From: Bacteroidota bacterium
Lineage (GTDB): Bacteria > Bacteroidota > Bacteroidia > Bacteroidales > VadinHA17
Direction: 5' to 3'
Length of the DNA stretch: 35,038 nt
Assembly: GCA_034659155.1 (NCBI GenBank)
Contig: JAYEGO010000328.1
Location: 1 to 35,038, forward strand
Part shown: positions 16,639 to 25,061 of the stretch, one piece after another
Layout of the letters: each line of letters begins with the position of its first letter
Numbering within the stretch: position 1 is the first letter of the stretch
Position numbers and translations under genes: made by a program
The notes under the pieces: model-generated
Told to the model about the DNA's origin: nothing
The model's database searches: none
The model's input: the letters and a program-made list of their open reading frames with translations, nothing else

Positions 16639-18108
16639 ATGAAAAACAAATTTCTAAAAAAAGTGCTGAACTGGTCAATGGTACTGGTTGCAGCAACGAT
16701 GATCCTTAGTTCATGTAACAAGGATGATGACAAAGATCCTCCAGTAGTTATTGAGGATGGTATTTATGTAAAAGGTTTAGGTACAGCCCTGACCGGTTAT
16801 GACGCTCAAGGTCTAATGACTGCTACTACTAATGAAGCAGATGATAATGCAGCACGTGCAGGTCTTTATGACCTTTATGTGGCGGTTGAGGGTGGTGCTG
16901 ATGGTTTCAATATTATTATTGTTACCGGCGGTGAGCCAACTATTTATGGGCCAGGTGCAGATTATGCTTTAGTAACGGAAGTTGATGGTGAGGAGCCTCA
17001 GAATGTTGATTTTTGGCGTGGATCTTATGCAGATGTTCAAACAAGTGTTAATCCTTTCACCGTTAATACAGATGGTTTGTATCATATTGTTCTTGATACT
17101 CAATTAGGGATTGTTGCAGTAGCAGAAGCTGAATGGGGTGTAATTGGTGGTGCAACACCTAATGGTTGGGGAGGTAGTACTGTTCTTGATGCCGGTGCTT
17201 TTGATCTGAATAAAATCTCTTTTGAAACAACAGATATTATTATGCTTGCCGGGGAATACAAATTCCGTTATTCAGATGGCTGGAAAATAATTCTTGATGG
17301 AGAAAATGTTCGTGCAAATACTAATTTTGGTGGAACTCTTGATGCATTAGTTGCTGGTGGTTCCAATATGAATAATGATGTAGTTGGTGTTTATACTGTT
17401 AATATGACATGGGAATTAGGAGTTGGTCATACCGCGACTCTGACTAAAACAGGTGATTATACACCTCCTGCCTTCCCTGATGCAATGTATATCGTAGGTG
17501 ATGCTACAGCATACGGATGGGATACTCCTGGATCTTCAGATTCTGCCCTATTCCACAAATGTGCAGGCGGAGCGCCAACTGAAGGGATCTTCTGGAAGAT
17601 ATGCTATATTGAAACAGGCAAGGGTTTCAAAATAGCAGCTGAAAACTGGGGCGATCCTGACATAGGCTTTACCAATGTTGACGAATATGATGCTAATGGT
17701 GTTACTATATCAGATAACGGTGGAAATATGTCAGTTGCCGCAAGCGGAATGTATATGGTTGTTTTGAACCTGCAAGATGACATGAAAAAGGTTTCTGTTA
17801 TAGCACCTGAGGTTTATGGTATTGGTGATGCATTTGGCGCTAATGATTGGGCTGAAGATGCTGCAAGTTGCCTCTTTACAGTTGATGATGTTACGAAAAC
17901 ATTAACTTCTCCTGCATTAACTGCAGATGGAAACATACGTATGTATGCAGATCACGCATGGATTCCAGCCTGGTGGAATGCAGAATTTAATGTTTACACT
18001 ACTACAATTGAATATCGTAATGATGGTGGTGATCAAGCTGCTGTTCCCGGAACTACCGGACAGGTTATTACTTTAACATTTGATGATAACACAGGAGTAA
18101 TTAACTAA
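16639..18108 (+). CDS. SusE/SusF-like surface starch-binding lipoprotein
   Basis: Lipobox MILSSCNKDDD. Repeated starch-binding-module-like motifs: WGVIGGATPNGWGG, YIVGDATAYGWDTPG and VYGIGDAFGANDW. It occupies the third position of the PUL. Confidence 0.7.
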   Translation: MKNKFLKKVLNWSMVLVAATMILSSCNKDDDKDPPVVIEDGIYVKGLGTALTGYDAQGLMTATTNEADDNAARAGLYDLYVAVEGGADGFNIIIVTGGEPTIYGPGADYALVTEVDGEEPQNVDFWRGSYADVQTSVNPFTVNTDGLYHIVLDTQLGIVAVAEAEWGVIGGATPNGWGGSTVLDAGAFDLNKISFETTDIIMLAGEYKFRYSDGWKIILDGENVRANTNFGGTLDALVAGGSNMNNDVVGVYTVNMTWELGVGHTATLTKTGDYTPPAFPDAMYIVGDATAYGWDTPGSSDSALFHKCAGGAPTEGIFWKICYIETGKGFKIAAENWGDPDIGFTNVDEYDANGVTISDNGGNMSVAASGMYMVVLNLQDDMKKVSVIAPEVYGIGDAFGANDWAEDAASCLFTVDDVTKTLTSPALTADGNIRMYADHAWIPAWWNAEFNVYTTTIEYRNDGGDQAAVPGTTGQVITLTFDDNTGVIN

Positions 18109-18124
18109 TTTTATTTGATATATT

Positions 18125-18157
18125 AAAAAAGGCTGTCCATGAGGCAGCCTTTTTTTT
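18125..18157 (+). terminator. Rho-independent terminator after the SusE/F-like gene
   Basis: A6, then GGCTG(T)CC-ATGA-GGCAGCC, then T8. It overlaps the ORF-track start at 18139, which supports ATG 18181 as the true start of the next gene. Confidence 0.7.
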
Positions 18158-18180
18158 CGATTTTTTTAAATTGGCTTATT

Positions 18181-20991
18181 ATGAATAAAAAAATCATTTC
18201 TCTACTAATCGTAATACTTGTTTATTTTTCCGTTATAAATGCCCAGCTTGTAACAACAGACCCTTCTGTACCCACAGATACCAACCCGGTAACTATATAT
18301 TTTGATGCCAGCCAGGGTAGCCAGGGTCTTATGAATTATTCAGGAGATATCTATGCCCATGCTGGGGTTATTACTAACCTGAGCAGCAGTGGAAGTGATT
18401 GGAAATATGTAATTGCAGGATGGTCTGAAAATACTACAAAGGCAAAAATGACCAGGGTGTCCACCAATTTATATTCCCTTGAGATAACACCTTCTATCAG
18501 GGACTTTTATGGCGTTCCGGTCTCAGAACAAATCTTGCAAATGGCATTTGTATTCAGAAATGAAGATGGATCAAAAACCGGAAAAACTGAAACCGGGGGA
18601 GATATTTTTATTGATGTATTTGAAGAGGGCCTGAACGTTAAGCTCGTAAATCCAACAGAATCTTCACTTGTTGTAGAACTTAATGACCAAATTGTAGTTG
18701 AAGCTTCTGCAACCCTATCAACTTCAATTTCTCTCTACATAAACAATAGTTTTGTAGTTTCAGGGGCTACCGCTACCGAACTGGATTATACAATTACAGC
18801 GGATACAGATGGTGAATTCTGGGTAAGGGTAGAGGCAACAGATGGACTGGAAACTGTTGCCGATTCCTTTTTTTATTTTGTACGTCCTTCTGTAGTTGTA
18901 GAAGATTTGCCAATGGGAATAGAGCCGGGAATCAATTATATAGATGATAATACGGTGATACTGGCACTGTATGCCCCCAATAAAAATTATGTATTTGCAC
19001 TCGGCGATTTCTCAGATTGGGTAGCCCGGGCCGATAATTATATGAAAAACACTATTGATGGAAATACCTGGTGGATAGAGTTGACCGGACTGACAGCAGG
19101 CAAGGAATATATTTACCAGTATTTTGTAGACGGGATACTCAGGATTGGAGATCCCTATGCAGATAAAACATCAGACCCAAACGACAAATGGATACCGAAT
19201 GAAACCTATCCTGGTTTAATCGAATACCCTTGGGAAAAAACCACCGGGGTGGCAACGGTAATTCAAACTGCCCAGCAAGACTATGTTTGGGCAAATACTT
19301 CCTTTATACCACCTTCCAAAGAAGACCTTGTGATTTATGAATTGCATATCCGCGACTTTATTGCAAAGCATGATTATAAAACACTTATTGATACTATTGA
19401 TTATCTTGACAGGCTGGGAATCAATGCAATAGAACTGATGCCTGTAAACGAATTTGAAGGAAATGAAAGCTGGGGTTATAATCCCTCCTATTATTTTGCC
19501 CCGGATAAATACTATGGTCCGAAAAATAAACTGAAAACCTTTATTGATAGTTGCCATTCGCAGGGGATTGCGGTAATACTCGATATGGTTCTGAACCATT
19601 CCTATGGTCAATCTCCTCTTACAATGCTGTACTGGGATGCAAATGCAGGTGACTGGGGACAGCCCTCAGCAGAGAATCCATGGTATAACCAGGTTTCACC
19701 AAATCCAGTTTATGCATGGGGTTCAGATTTTGATCATGAAAGTGATGATACAAAAGCTTTTGTTGACCGGGTAAATAAGTACTGGTTATCGGAGTATAAA
19801 TTTGATGGTTTCCGCTTTGATTTTACAAAGGGATTTACCAATACTCCCGGAGATGGTGGTGCATATGATGCGGCCAGGATAAATATTTTGAAAAGAATGG
19901 CTCTTAAGATATGGGAAACAAATAGTAATGCCTATGTAATTCTTGAACATTTTGCTGAGAATTCAGAAGAAAAAAGCCTGGCTGACTTCGGAATGATGAT
20001 CTGGGGAAATATGAACCATGATTATCTTGAAGCAAGCATGGGTTATACATCTAATTTATCATGGGGTTCCTACCAGAGCAGGGGCTGGAATGATCCTCAC
20101 CTGGTTACTTATATGGAAAGTCATGACGAGGAGAGAATGATGTTCAAGAATATTAGTTATGGAAATTCAAATGATACCTACAATGTAAAACAGCTTTGGA
20201 TTGCTCTGCAAAGAGCTGAACTGACTGCCACTTTTTTCTTTACTATTCCAGGTCCAAAAATGATATGGCAATTTGGTGAACTGGGTTATGATGTATCTAT
20301 AGATGTTCCCTGCAGGGTTTGCAATAAGCCTATTCTATGGGACTATTATGAAGTGAATGACCGGTTGAGGTTGTACCAGGTTTATTCTTCCCTTGCCGAC
20401 CTGAAAGTAAATGAACCGGCATTTGGCACTGATAATTTCCAATTGAATACATCAGGCATGCAAAAAAGAATCAACCTGTATCATGCTGATATGGATGTAG
20501 TGGTACTTGGAAATTTTGATATTGTACCAGGAAATATAGATCCAAATTTTAGTGTGACCGGCAGATGGTATGAATATTTTACAGGAGATTCCGTAGATGT
20601 AACAGGGACAAGTGATTTGATTGATCTGGAAGCGGGAGAATACAGAATATATACAACAAAGAGATTGACAACTCCCGATATTATTACTGATGTGAAGGAT
20701 CTTCCTATCAGTAAATTTGAAAATTCGGGTTCTATAAAGATTTATCCAAATCCTAGTTCATCAGGGTTTCAAGTGGCATTAAATACAAAAGAACAAAAAA
20801 GCCTTAGTCTTGAAATATTTAATCTTTCAGGTAAAAAGGTGAACAGCTTATATACCGGGGAGCACTTTGGCCTTCTTGAATTATATTGGGACGGATCAAA
20901 TAATGCCGGATTAGAAATATCTTCAGGCATGTATTTTCTGCATGCCAGGATTGGTGATGAGCATGAGGTTTATAAACTGATCAAACAATAA
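18181..20991 (+). CDS. GH13 alpha-glucan hydrolase (pullulanase/amylase-like) with N-terminal accessory domains and a T9SS C-terminal sorting domain
   Basis: Signal peptide MNKKIISLLIVILVYFSVINAQ with no lipobox. GH13 regions: VIYELHIRDF, AVILDMVLNHS, GFRFDFTKG, ILEHF, YMESHDEE. The C-terminal tail KIYPNPSSSGFQV...GMYFLHARIGDEHEVYKLIKQ is T9SS-CTD-like. Confidence 0.9.
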   Translation: MNKKIISLLIVILVYFSVINAQLVTTDPSVPTDTNPVTIYFDASQGSQGLMNYSGDIYAHAGVITNLSSSGSDWKYVIAGWSENTTKAKMTRVSTNLYSLEITPSIRDFYGVPVSEQILQMAFVFRNEDGSKTGKTETGGDIFIDVFEEGLNVKLVNPTESSLVVELNDQIVVEASATLSTSISLYINNSFVVSGATATELDYTITADTDGEFWVRVEATDGLETVADSFFYFVRPSVVVEDLPMGIEPGINYIDDNTVILALYAPNKNYVFALGDFSDWVARADNYMKNTIDGNTWWIELTGLTAGKEYIYQYFVDGILRIGDPYADKTSDPNDKWIPNETYPGLIEYPWEKTTGVATVIQTAQQDYVWANTSFIPPSKEDLVIYELHIRDFIAKHDYKTLIDTIDYLDRLGINAIELMPVNEFEGNESWGYNPSYYFAPDKYYGPKNKLKTFIDSCHSQGIAVILDMVLNHSYGQSPLTMLYWDANAGDWGQPSAENPWYNQVSPNPVYAWGSDFDHESDDTKAFVDRVNKYWLSEYKFDGFRFDFTKGFTNTPGDGGAYDAARINILKRMALKIWETNSNAYVILEHFAENSEEKSLADFGMMIWGNMNHDYLEASMGYTSNLSWGSYQSRGWNDPHLVTYMESHDEERMMFKNISYGNSNDTYNVKQLWIALQRAELTATFFFTIPGPKMIWQFGELGYDVSIDVPCRVCNKPILWDYYEVNDRLRLYQVYSSLADLKVNEPAFGTDNFQLNTSGMQKRINLYHADMDVVVLGNFDIVPGNIDPNFSVTGRWYEYFTGDSVDVTGTSDLIDLEAGEYRIYTTKRLTTPDIITDVKDLPISKFENSGSIKIYPNPSSSGFQVALNTKEQKSLSLEIFNLSGKKVNSLYTGEHFGLLELYWDGSNNAGLEISSGMYFLHARIGDEHEVYKLIKQ

Positions 20992-21048
20992 CCATCTCCC
21001 CCCATTCTGGAGCCTTCACTCATAACCCAGCCCAATCAGAATGTGGGA

Positions 21049-21133
21049 CTCCTCCTTGCAAGGAGGAGAATTTATACAAAGATTAAAAGATAGTCTTAAT
21101 TCCCCTCCTTTTTCTTCAAGGAGGGGTGTCCCG
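21049..21133. repeat. Palindromic intergenic repeat, copy 1 (CTCCTCCTTG/CAAGGAGGAG followed by CCCCTCCTT-N7-AAGGAGGGG-TGTCCCGA)
   Basis: Perfect 20-nt palindrome at 21049-21068 and a 9-bp stem hairpin at 21102-21126. It is similar to 23445-23527. Confidence 0.55.
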
Positions 21134-21373
21134 AACTATTTTAACAGCCTATTAATAAATCAACCACAATTCCTCATGTACAAAATCTATATAAGGATCC
21201 TGGGTAAGGGACGGGGTGGTATGAGTACTGTGGTCATAACATACTCGCAAATAATCATTAAGCACCCTAATTTAGAACAGAGCAAGTATACTACGTAGTT
21301 ATTTTATTTCCAGAATTAATCTTTTTTAAATATTCGTGCGTACCTACAGACAGGAATTCGTGGCTTCTTTTTA

Positions 21374-22483
21374 TTAGCCAATTAGTTTGCGAAGGGCAGA
21401 GAGCAGCATATTCACGTGATTGGCATCGCTGCTGTGTCCCATTAATCCTATCCGCCAAACTTTTCCTGCAAAGGGCCCCAGTCCGGCACCAATCTCAATA
21501 TTATATTCATCAAGCAACTTCCCCCGAATAAGTGCATCATCAACACCTTCAGGTATTTTTACTGAATTAAGCATGGGAAGACGGTATTGTTTGTCAACCA
21601 GGAATTCAAGACCCAGCTCTTCCAATCCGTCTTTAAGTAATTCATAATTTTGACGGTGCCTGTTAAACCGGTTTTCCAGGCCTTCTTCAAAGATAAGACG
21701 CAAAGCTTCATGTATTGAATACATCATGCTAATGGGAGCAGTATGGTGATAGGCCCTTTTTGCCCCTGCCCAGTAATCTCTTACCATACTCAGGTCCAGG
21801 TACCAGCTTTGTACTTTACTTTTTCTTTGCTCCATAACTTTTACCGCATCCTGACTAAAGGAAACCGGTGACAATCCGGGAGGCGCACTGATGCATTTTT
21901 GGGTACCGCTATAAATCGCATCTATTCCCCAATTATCCATTTTTACTTCAATTCCTCCAAGTGAAGTCACAGCATCAACAAGGAACAAGGCCCCTTCATC
22001 ATGCACCATTTTGCTAATTTCTTCCAGGGGTTGCAATACTCCTGTTGAAGTTTCAGCATGGACAATAGCCAGCAGTTTGGGCTTAGTGGTACTTAACACT
22101 TTCTTAACCTGAGCCGGATCAACAGGCTGTCCCCATTCAGCATCAATACGATACAATTTGGCGCCACAGCGCTCCACAATATCGCACATACGGTTTCCAA
22201 ATACACCACTTACACAGACTACAGCTTCATCTCCTGGTTCCAGGAGGTTCACAAAAGTGGCTTCCATTCCGGCACTTCCTGTTGCAGAAATTGGAATGGT
22301 AAGCTGGTTTTTTGTTTGAAAAAGATCTCTCAACATTTCCATTACTTCATCCATAATGCCAATGAATTGAGGATCAAGATGCCCGATCAGGGGTGTTGCC
22401 ATGGCTTTCAGTACACGTGGATGAACATCACTGGGTCCGGGGCCCATTAGAATACGGGTGGCTGGGTTTAGCTCGTTGATCAT
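21374..22483 (-). CDS. Class V PLP-dependent aminotransferase (serine-pyruvate / alanine-glyoxylate aminotransferase-like)
   Basis: N-terminal RILMGPGPSDVHPRVL. The PLP-lysine motif is IYSGTQKCISAPPG. The start is taken at ATG 22483 (MINELNP...); the upstream 37 codons of the ORF-track call are hydrophobic read-through. Confidence 0.9.
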   Translation of the reverse strand: MINELNPATRILMGPGPSDVHPRVLKAMATPLIGHLDPQFIGIMDEVMEMLRDLFQTKNQLTIPISATGSAGMEATFVNLLEPGDEAVVCVSGVFGNRMCDIVERCGAKLYRIDAEWGQPVDPAQVKKVLSTTKPKLLAIVHAETSTGVLQPLEEISKMVHDEGALFLVDAVTSLGGIEVKMDNWGIDAIYSGTQKCISAPPGLSPVSFSQDAVKVMEQRKSKVQSWYLDLSMVRDYWAGAKRAYHHTAPISMMYSIHEALRLIFEEGLENRFNRHRQNYELLKDGLEELGLEFLVDKQYRLPMLNSVKIPEGVDDALIRGKLLDEYNIEIGAGLGPFAGKVWRIGLMGHSSDANHVNMLLSALRKLIG

Positions 22484-22720
22484 TTTGTTTATATGTTTTA
22501 GCTTGTTGAAACTCAAAAATGCGAGTTTTAAAATTAGCTGAAATACTGGGATAAGCCAAATAATAATACAATAACTCCAGATAATTTTAACCATTTAGTT
22601 TGACTTTTATTAGTCAATCAGCATATGCTACGAATTAGCCTATTTCCACTATTAATCCTGTTTTAGCCACTTTTCAAAATAATAGGTTTATTCGTGAAAC
22701 TCAAATTTCAAAAGTAGCCT

Positions 22721-22875
22721 GTCCCGATTTTTCGGGATAATGAATTGAAATTTGTAAGTTGAACGAATCCCGATAGTGTAGCGTATCGGGATAAATGAGT
22801 ATAATACTCCGATGCTTGCATCGTTTTGAAAACAAATTCCTATTTTGATACCTCGTTAGCTCTGCTACGAGGTAG
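22721..22875. repeat. Cluster of four short intergenic hairpins
   Basis: Hairpins at 22721-22740 (TCCCGA-TTTT-TCGGGA), 22768-22793 (ATCCCGATA-N8-TATCGGGAT), 22811-22824 (CGATG-CTTG-CATCG) and 22850-22875 (TACCTCGT-N10-ACGAGGTA). Confidence 0.6.
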
Positions 22876-22959
22876 TTCATTTAGACAAAATGATTGCTAT
22901 TTTTCGGGTTTGTTTTCTCAAGTGGACAAAATGGTTAAATCTGGCACAAAATGAAAAAA

Positions 22960-23269
22960 ACATACCGTTCCTATGGAACTTCCCTTTCCCTTATCCATGA
23001 AAAAGGGACTCACCTGCCTACCAGGCAGGCTGGAGTCCCTTCCAACAACATTTTATCCCGATGGGATAATCACTTGTAAACTCACCTGGTAGCTACGAGT
23101 CATTCAGTGAGTAATAAGATGAAACTGTCGTAGGCAGAGTAAATTATTACCAGAGTCGCCGTGCCTGTCGGCAGACAGGTAAAACTCTGGATTTGAAGCC
23201 TGGTAAAAGCATGAGTTCCATCCACGTGTTGCCGTAGCTTTAAGTGGAGGCACAAGGAACGGTATGTTC
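22960..23269. ncRNA. Candidate structured RNA or palindromic element of unknown class (~310 nt)
   Basis: 13-bp perfect closing stem AACATACCGTTCC (22960-22972) / GGAACGGTATGTT (23257-23269). It encloses at least 5 hairpins at 23004-23042, 23054-23070, 23081-23113, 23151-23191 and 23219-23251. No ORF of 60 aa or more is present in any frame. Confidence 0.3.
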
Positions 23270-23444
23270 TTCAACTTGAATGGGGTGTCTCAATGCTGAA
23301 AACAGGAGCCATTCGTGCATTTGTCTTCCATTTGTGAATTAGTGGTTTTCTTTCAGTTTACAATATTGAATTTTAGTTCAGGTGACCCAAATGGCTATAG
23401 ATTTATATAAGCTAAAAGATGTGTATAAAGAGTAGCTTAAAAAA

Positions 23445-23527
23445 AGGAGGAGAAATTAAGAATATGAAAAGCAATAAAATATGAAATACATTCCCCTCCT
23501 TAATTCTTTCAAGGAGGGGTGACCCGA
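23445..23527. repeat. Palindromic intergenic repeat, copy 2 (AAGGAGGAGAA...CCCCTCCTT-N9-AAGGAGGGG-TGACCCGA)
   Basis: Same orientation as 21060-21133. The hairpin is at 23494-23520. It is followed by GGGTCGGGGTGG, compared with GGGACGGGGTGG at 21208-21219. Confidence 0.55.
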
Positions 23528-23634
23528 GTACCCGAGGGTCGGGGTGGTTAAAAGTATGGCCCTTATGTTTGGTTCTTTATACACCTAATCTGGAATTAAG
23601 TGCTTCACTATACTTTTACAATAAATAAAACAAG

Positions 23635-25035
23635 CTATAATTTTATAAGAACCCTATAATTCCAGGCATCCAGTTCCAGCTTTACAGATTCATTAAATAT
23701 GAAATCATCACCAGTGAAAGTATCCCGGTAATTTCCCTTTTTTCCCCCGGCATTAATAATAAATTCCTGTTTCACATCACTCAAATTGAGAATTACTAAT
23801 ATGCTATTGTTGTTTTTTTCTCTGTAGTAAGCTATAACCTTATCATTATCGCTTTGCAGGAATTCTAAATCTCCCCCAAATTCGCCATTCCACAGGGCTT
23901 CATTTTCTTTTTTCAAGGCTATCAGGTGTTTATAGAACCCGGCCATTTCACATTCTTTCCATTCAATGGGATCTCTCACAAATTCTTTCAGCGCTTTATC
24001 CAGGCATGCTTCCTGTCCACTATATAGTAAAGGGAATCCTGGAATTGTAAACATCATCACAGCAAATGAACAGGTTGCATCACCCATACGTTCAGGTAAA
24101 GGCCCCTGGTGGGTGTTTTCATCATGGTTAGAAATAAAACGGGTACGATAAACATTTGGAGGAAAAGTTTGATAGTCTTTTTCAAGTAAATGAATAATAT
24201 TCCTGACTGAGTCTTTGCCCTGTGCAACGCGGTTCATCAAGTGATGTAGCTCCCATGAATAATTCATATCAAAACCCTTCTCCATGAGATAATATTTATC
24301 TTCATTTTCCGCAAGTAGCAAAACAGGCCTGATTTTTTCCAGCTCTGTCCTGGCATTTTCCCAGAATTCTTTGGGGGTATTCTGTGGCTGGTCTACCCTG
24401 AACCCATCAACTCCCAGCTTAACCCAGAATGTAAGGGCCTCAAGCATATAATCTTGCAAACCTGTATAGCTCCAATCCAATTGAGCTACATCGGTCCAGT
24501 CGAAATCATCTGGTCTTTTCGGACTTCCGCTTTCATCTGTTACGTACCATTCAGGGTGTTCTTCTATCAGATGATTATCCCAGGCCGTATGATTCGGAAC
24601 CCAGTCCATCAAAACATGAAATCCCATTTCATGGGCTTTGTGAAGTAGCGCCATGAAATCATCCATACTTCCATAATTAGGATTAATGGCTTTGAAGTCT
24701 TTTACAGCATAAACGCTTCCAAGTTGCCCCTTTTTGTTTTTTTCCCCCACGGGATAAACAGGCATCAGCCATAAAATATCAACCCCCAACTCTTTCAGCC
24801 TCGGAAGGTGTTCCTGAACTGCCTTTAAAGTTCCTTCTTCAGTATATTGCCTGACATTAATTTCATATAGTGTAGCATTCTTTGACCAATCGGGATGCTT
24901 TACTTCGCTTACAAATGAATAAGATGTTTTTTCCATGGATTCTTTCTTTTTCTTCTGGTTTGTATCCTTACATGATGCAAGTAATATCAAAGCTGCCAGA
25001 ATTAAACTGCTAGTTGAATAAAATGTTTTTCTCAT
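23635..25035 (-). CDS. GH13 alpha-amylase-family lipoprotein
   Basis: Lipobox LILLASCKD. GH13 regions: FHVLMDWVPNHTA, GVDGFRVDQP, LLLAENED, FISNHDEN. Confidence 0.9.
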   Translation of the reverse strand: MRKTFYSTSSLILAALILLASCKDTNQKKKKESMEKTSYSFVSEVKHPDWSKNATLYEINVRQYTEEGTLKAVQEHLPRLKELGVDILWLMPVYPVGEKNKKGQLGSVYAVKDFKAINPNYGSMDDFMALLHKAHEMGFHVLMDWVPNHTAWDNHLIEEHPEWYVTDESGSPKRPDDFDWTDVAQLDWSYTGLQDYMLEALTFWVKLGVDGFRVDQPQNTPKEFWENARTELEKIRPVLLLAENEDKYYLMEKGFDMNYSWELHHLMNRVAQGKDSVRNIIHLLEKDYQTFPPNVYRTRFISNHDENTHQGPLPERMGDATCSFAVMMFTIPGFPLLYSGQEACLDKALKEFVRDPIEWKECEMAGFYKHLIALKKENEALWNGEFGGDLEFLQSDNDKVIAYYREKNNNSILVILNLSDVKQEFIINAGGKKGNYRDTFTGDDFIFNESVKLELDAWNYRVLIKL

Positions 25036-25061
25036 GTTTTTATAAAGATAATTTCTTCGGC

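Noticed and set aside
18139-18180. Longer N-termini suggested by the ORF track here and at 22484-22594, 26748-26840 and 28262-28300
   Set aside because: Each extension precedes an internal Met that gives a canonical signal peptide, lipobox or enzyme N-terminus. The extensions also overlap a terminator (18125-18157) or intergenic hairpins.
21041-21298. 85-aa ORF downstream of the T9SS GH13 gene
   Set aside because: It is spanned by the palindromic CTCCTCCTTG/CAAGGAGGAG and CCCCTCCTT/AAGGAGGGG repeats, so the peptide (SSLQGGE, PPFSSRRG) merely reflects those repeats. It shows no coding-like features.
22960-23269. Possible RNase P RNA, tmRNA, SRP RNA, 6S RNA or a known riboswitch (glycine, TPP, cobalamin)
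   Set aside because: Neither strand contains the hallmark strings I know, namely GGAAAGUCC with ACAGAA for the RNase P P4 helix, a tRNA-like 3' end with a GGUUCGA-type T-arm for tmRNA, or GGAAGCAGC for the SRP domain IV. The glycine, TPP and B12 core motifs are also absent. The size and the closed-stem topology alone are not diagnostic.
22960-23269. MITE with 13-bp terminal inverted repeats
   Set aside because: No target-site duplication is visible; the left flank is GAAAAA and the right flank is CTTCAA. I saw no second copy in the window. The possibility is kept open in the finding but not called as a mobile element.
22700-23550. CRISPR array (also considered for the other hairpin clusters at 10550-10695 and 26889-27140)
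   Set aside because: The hairpins differ in sequence and length and have no constant repeat unit or regular repeat-spacer period. No cas genes are in the window.
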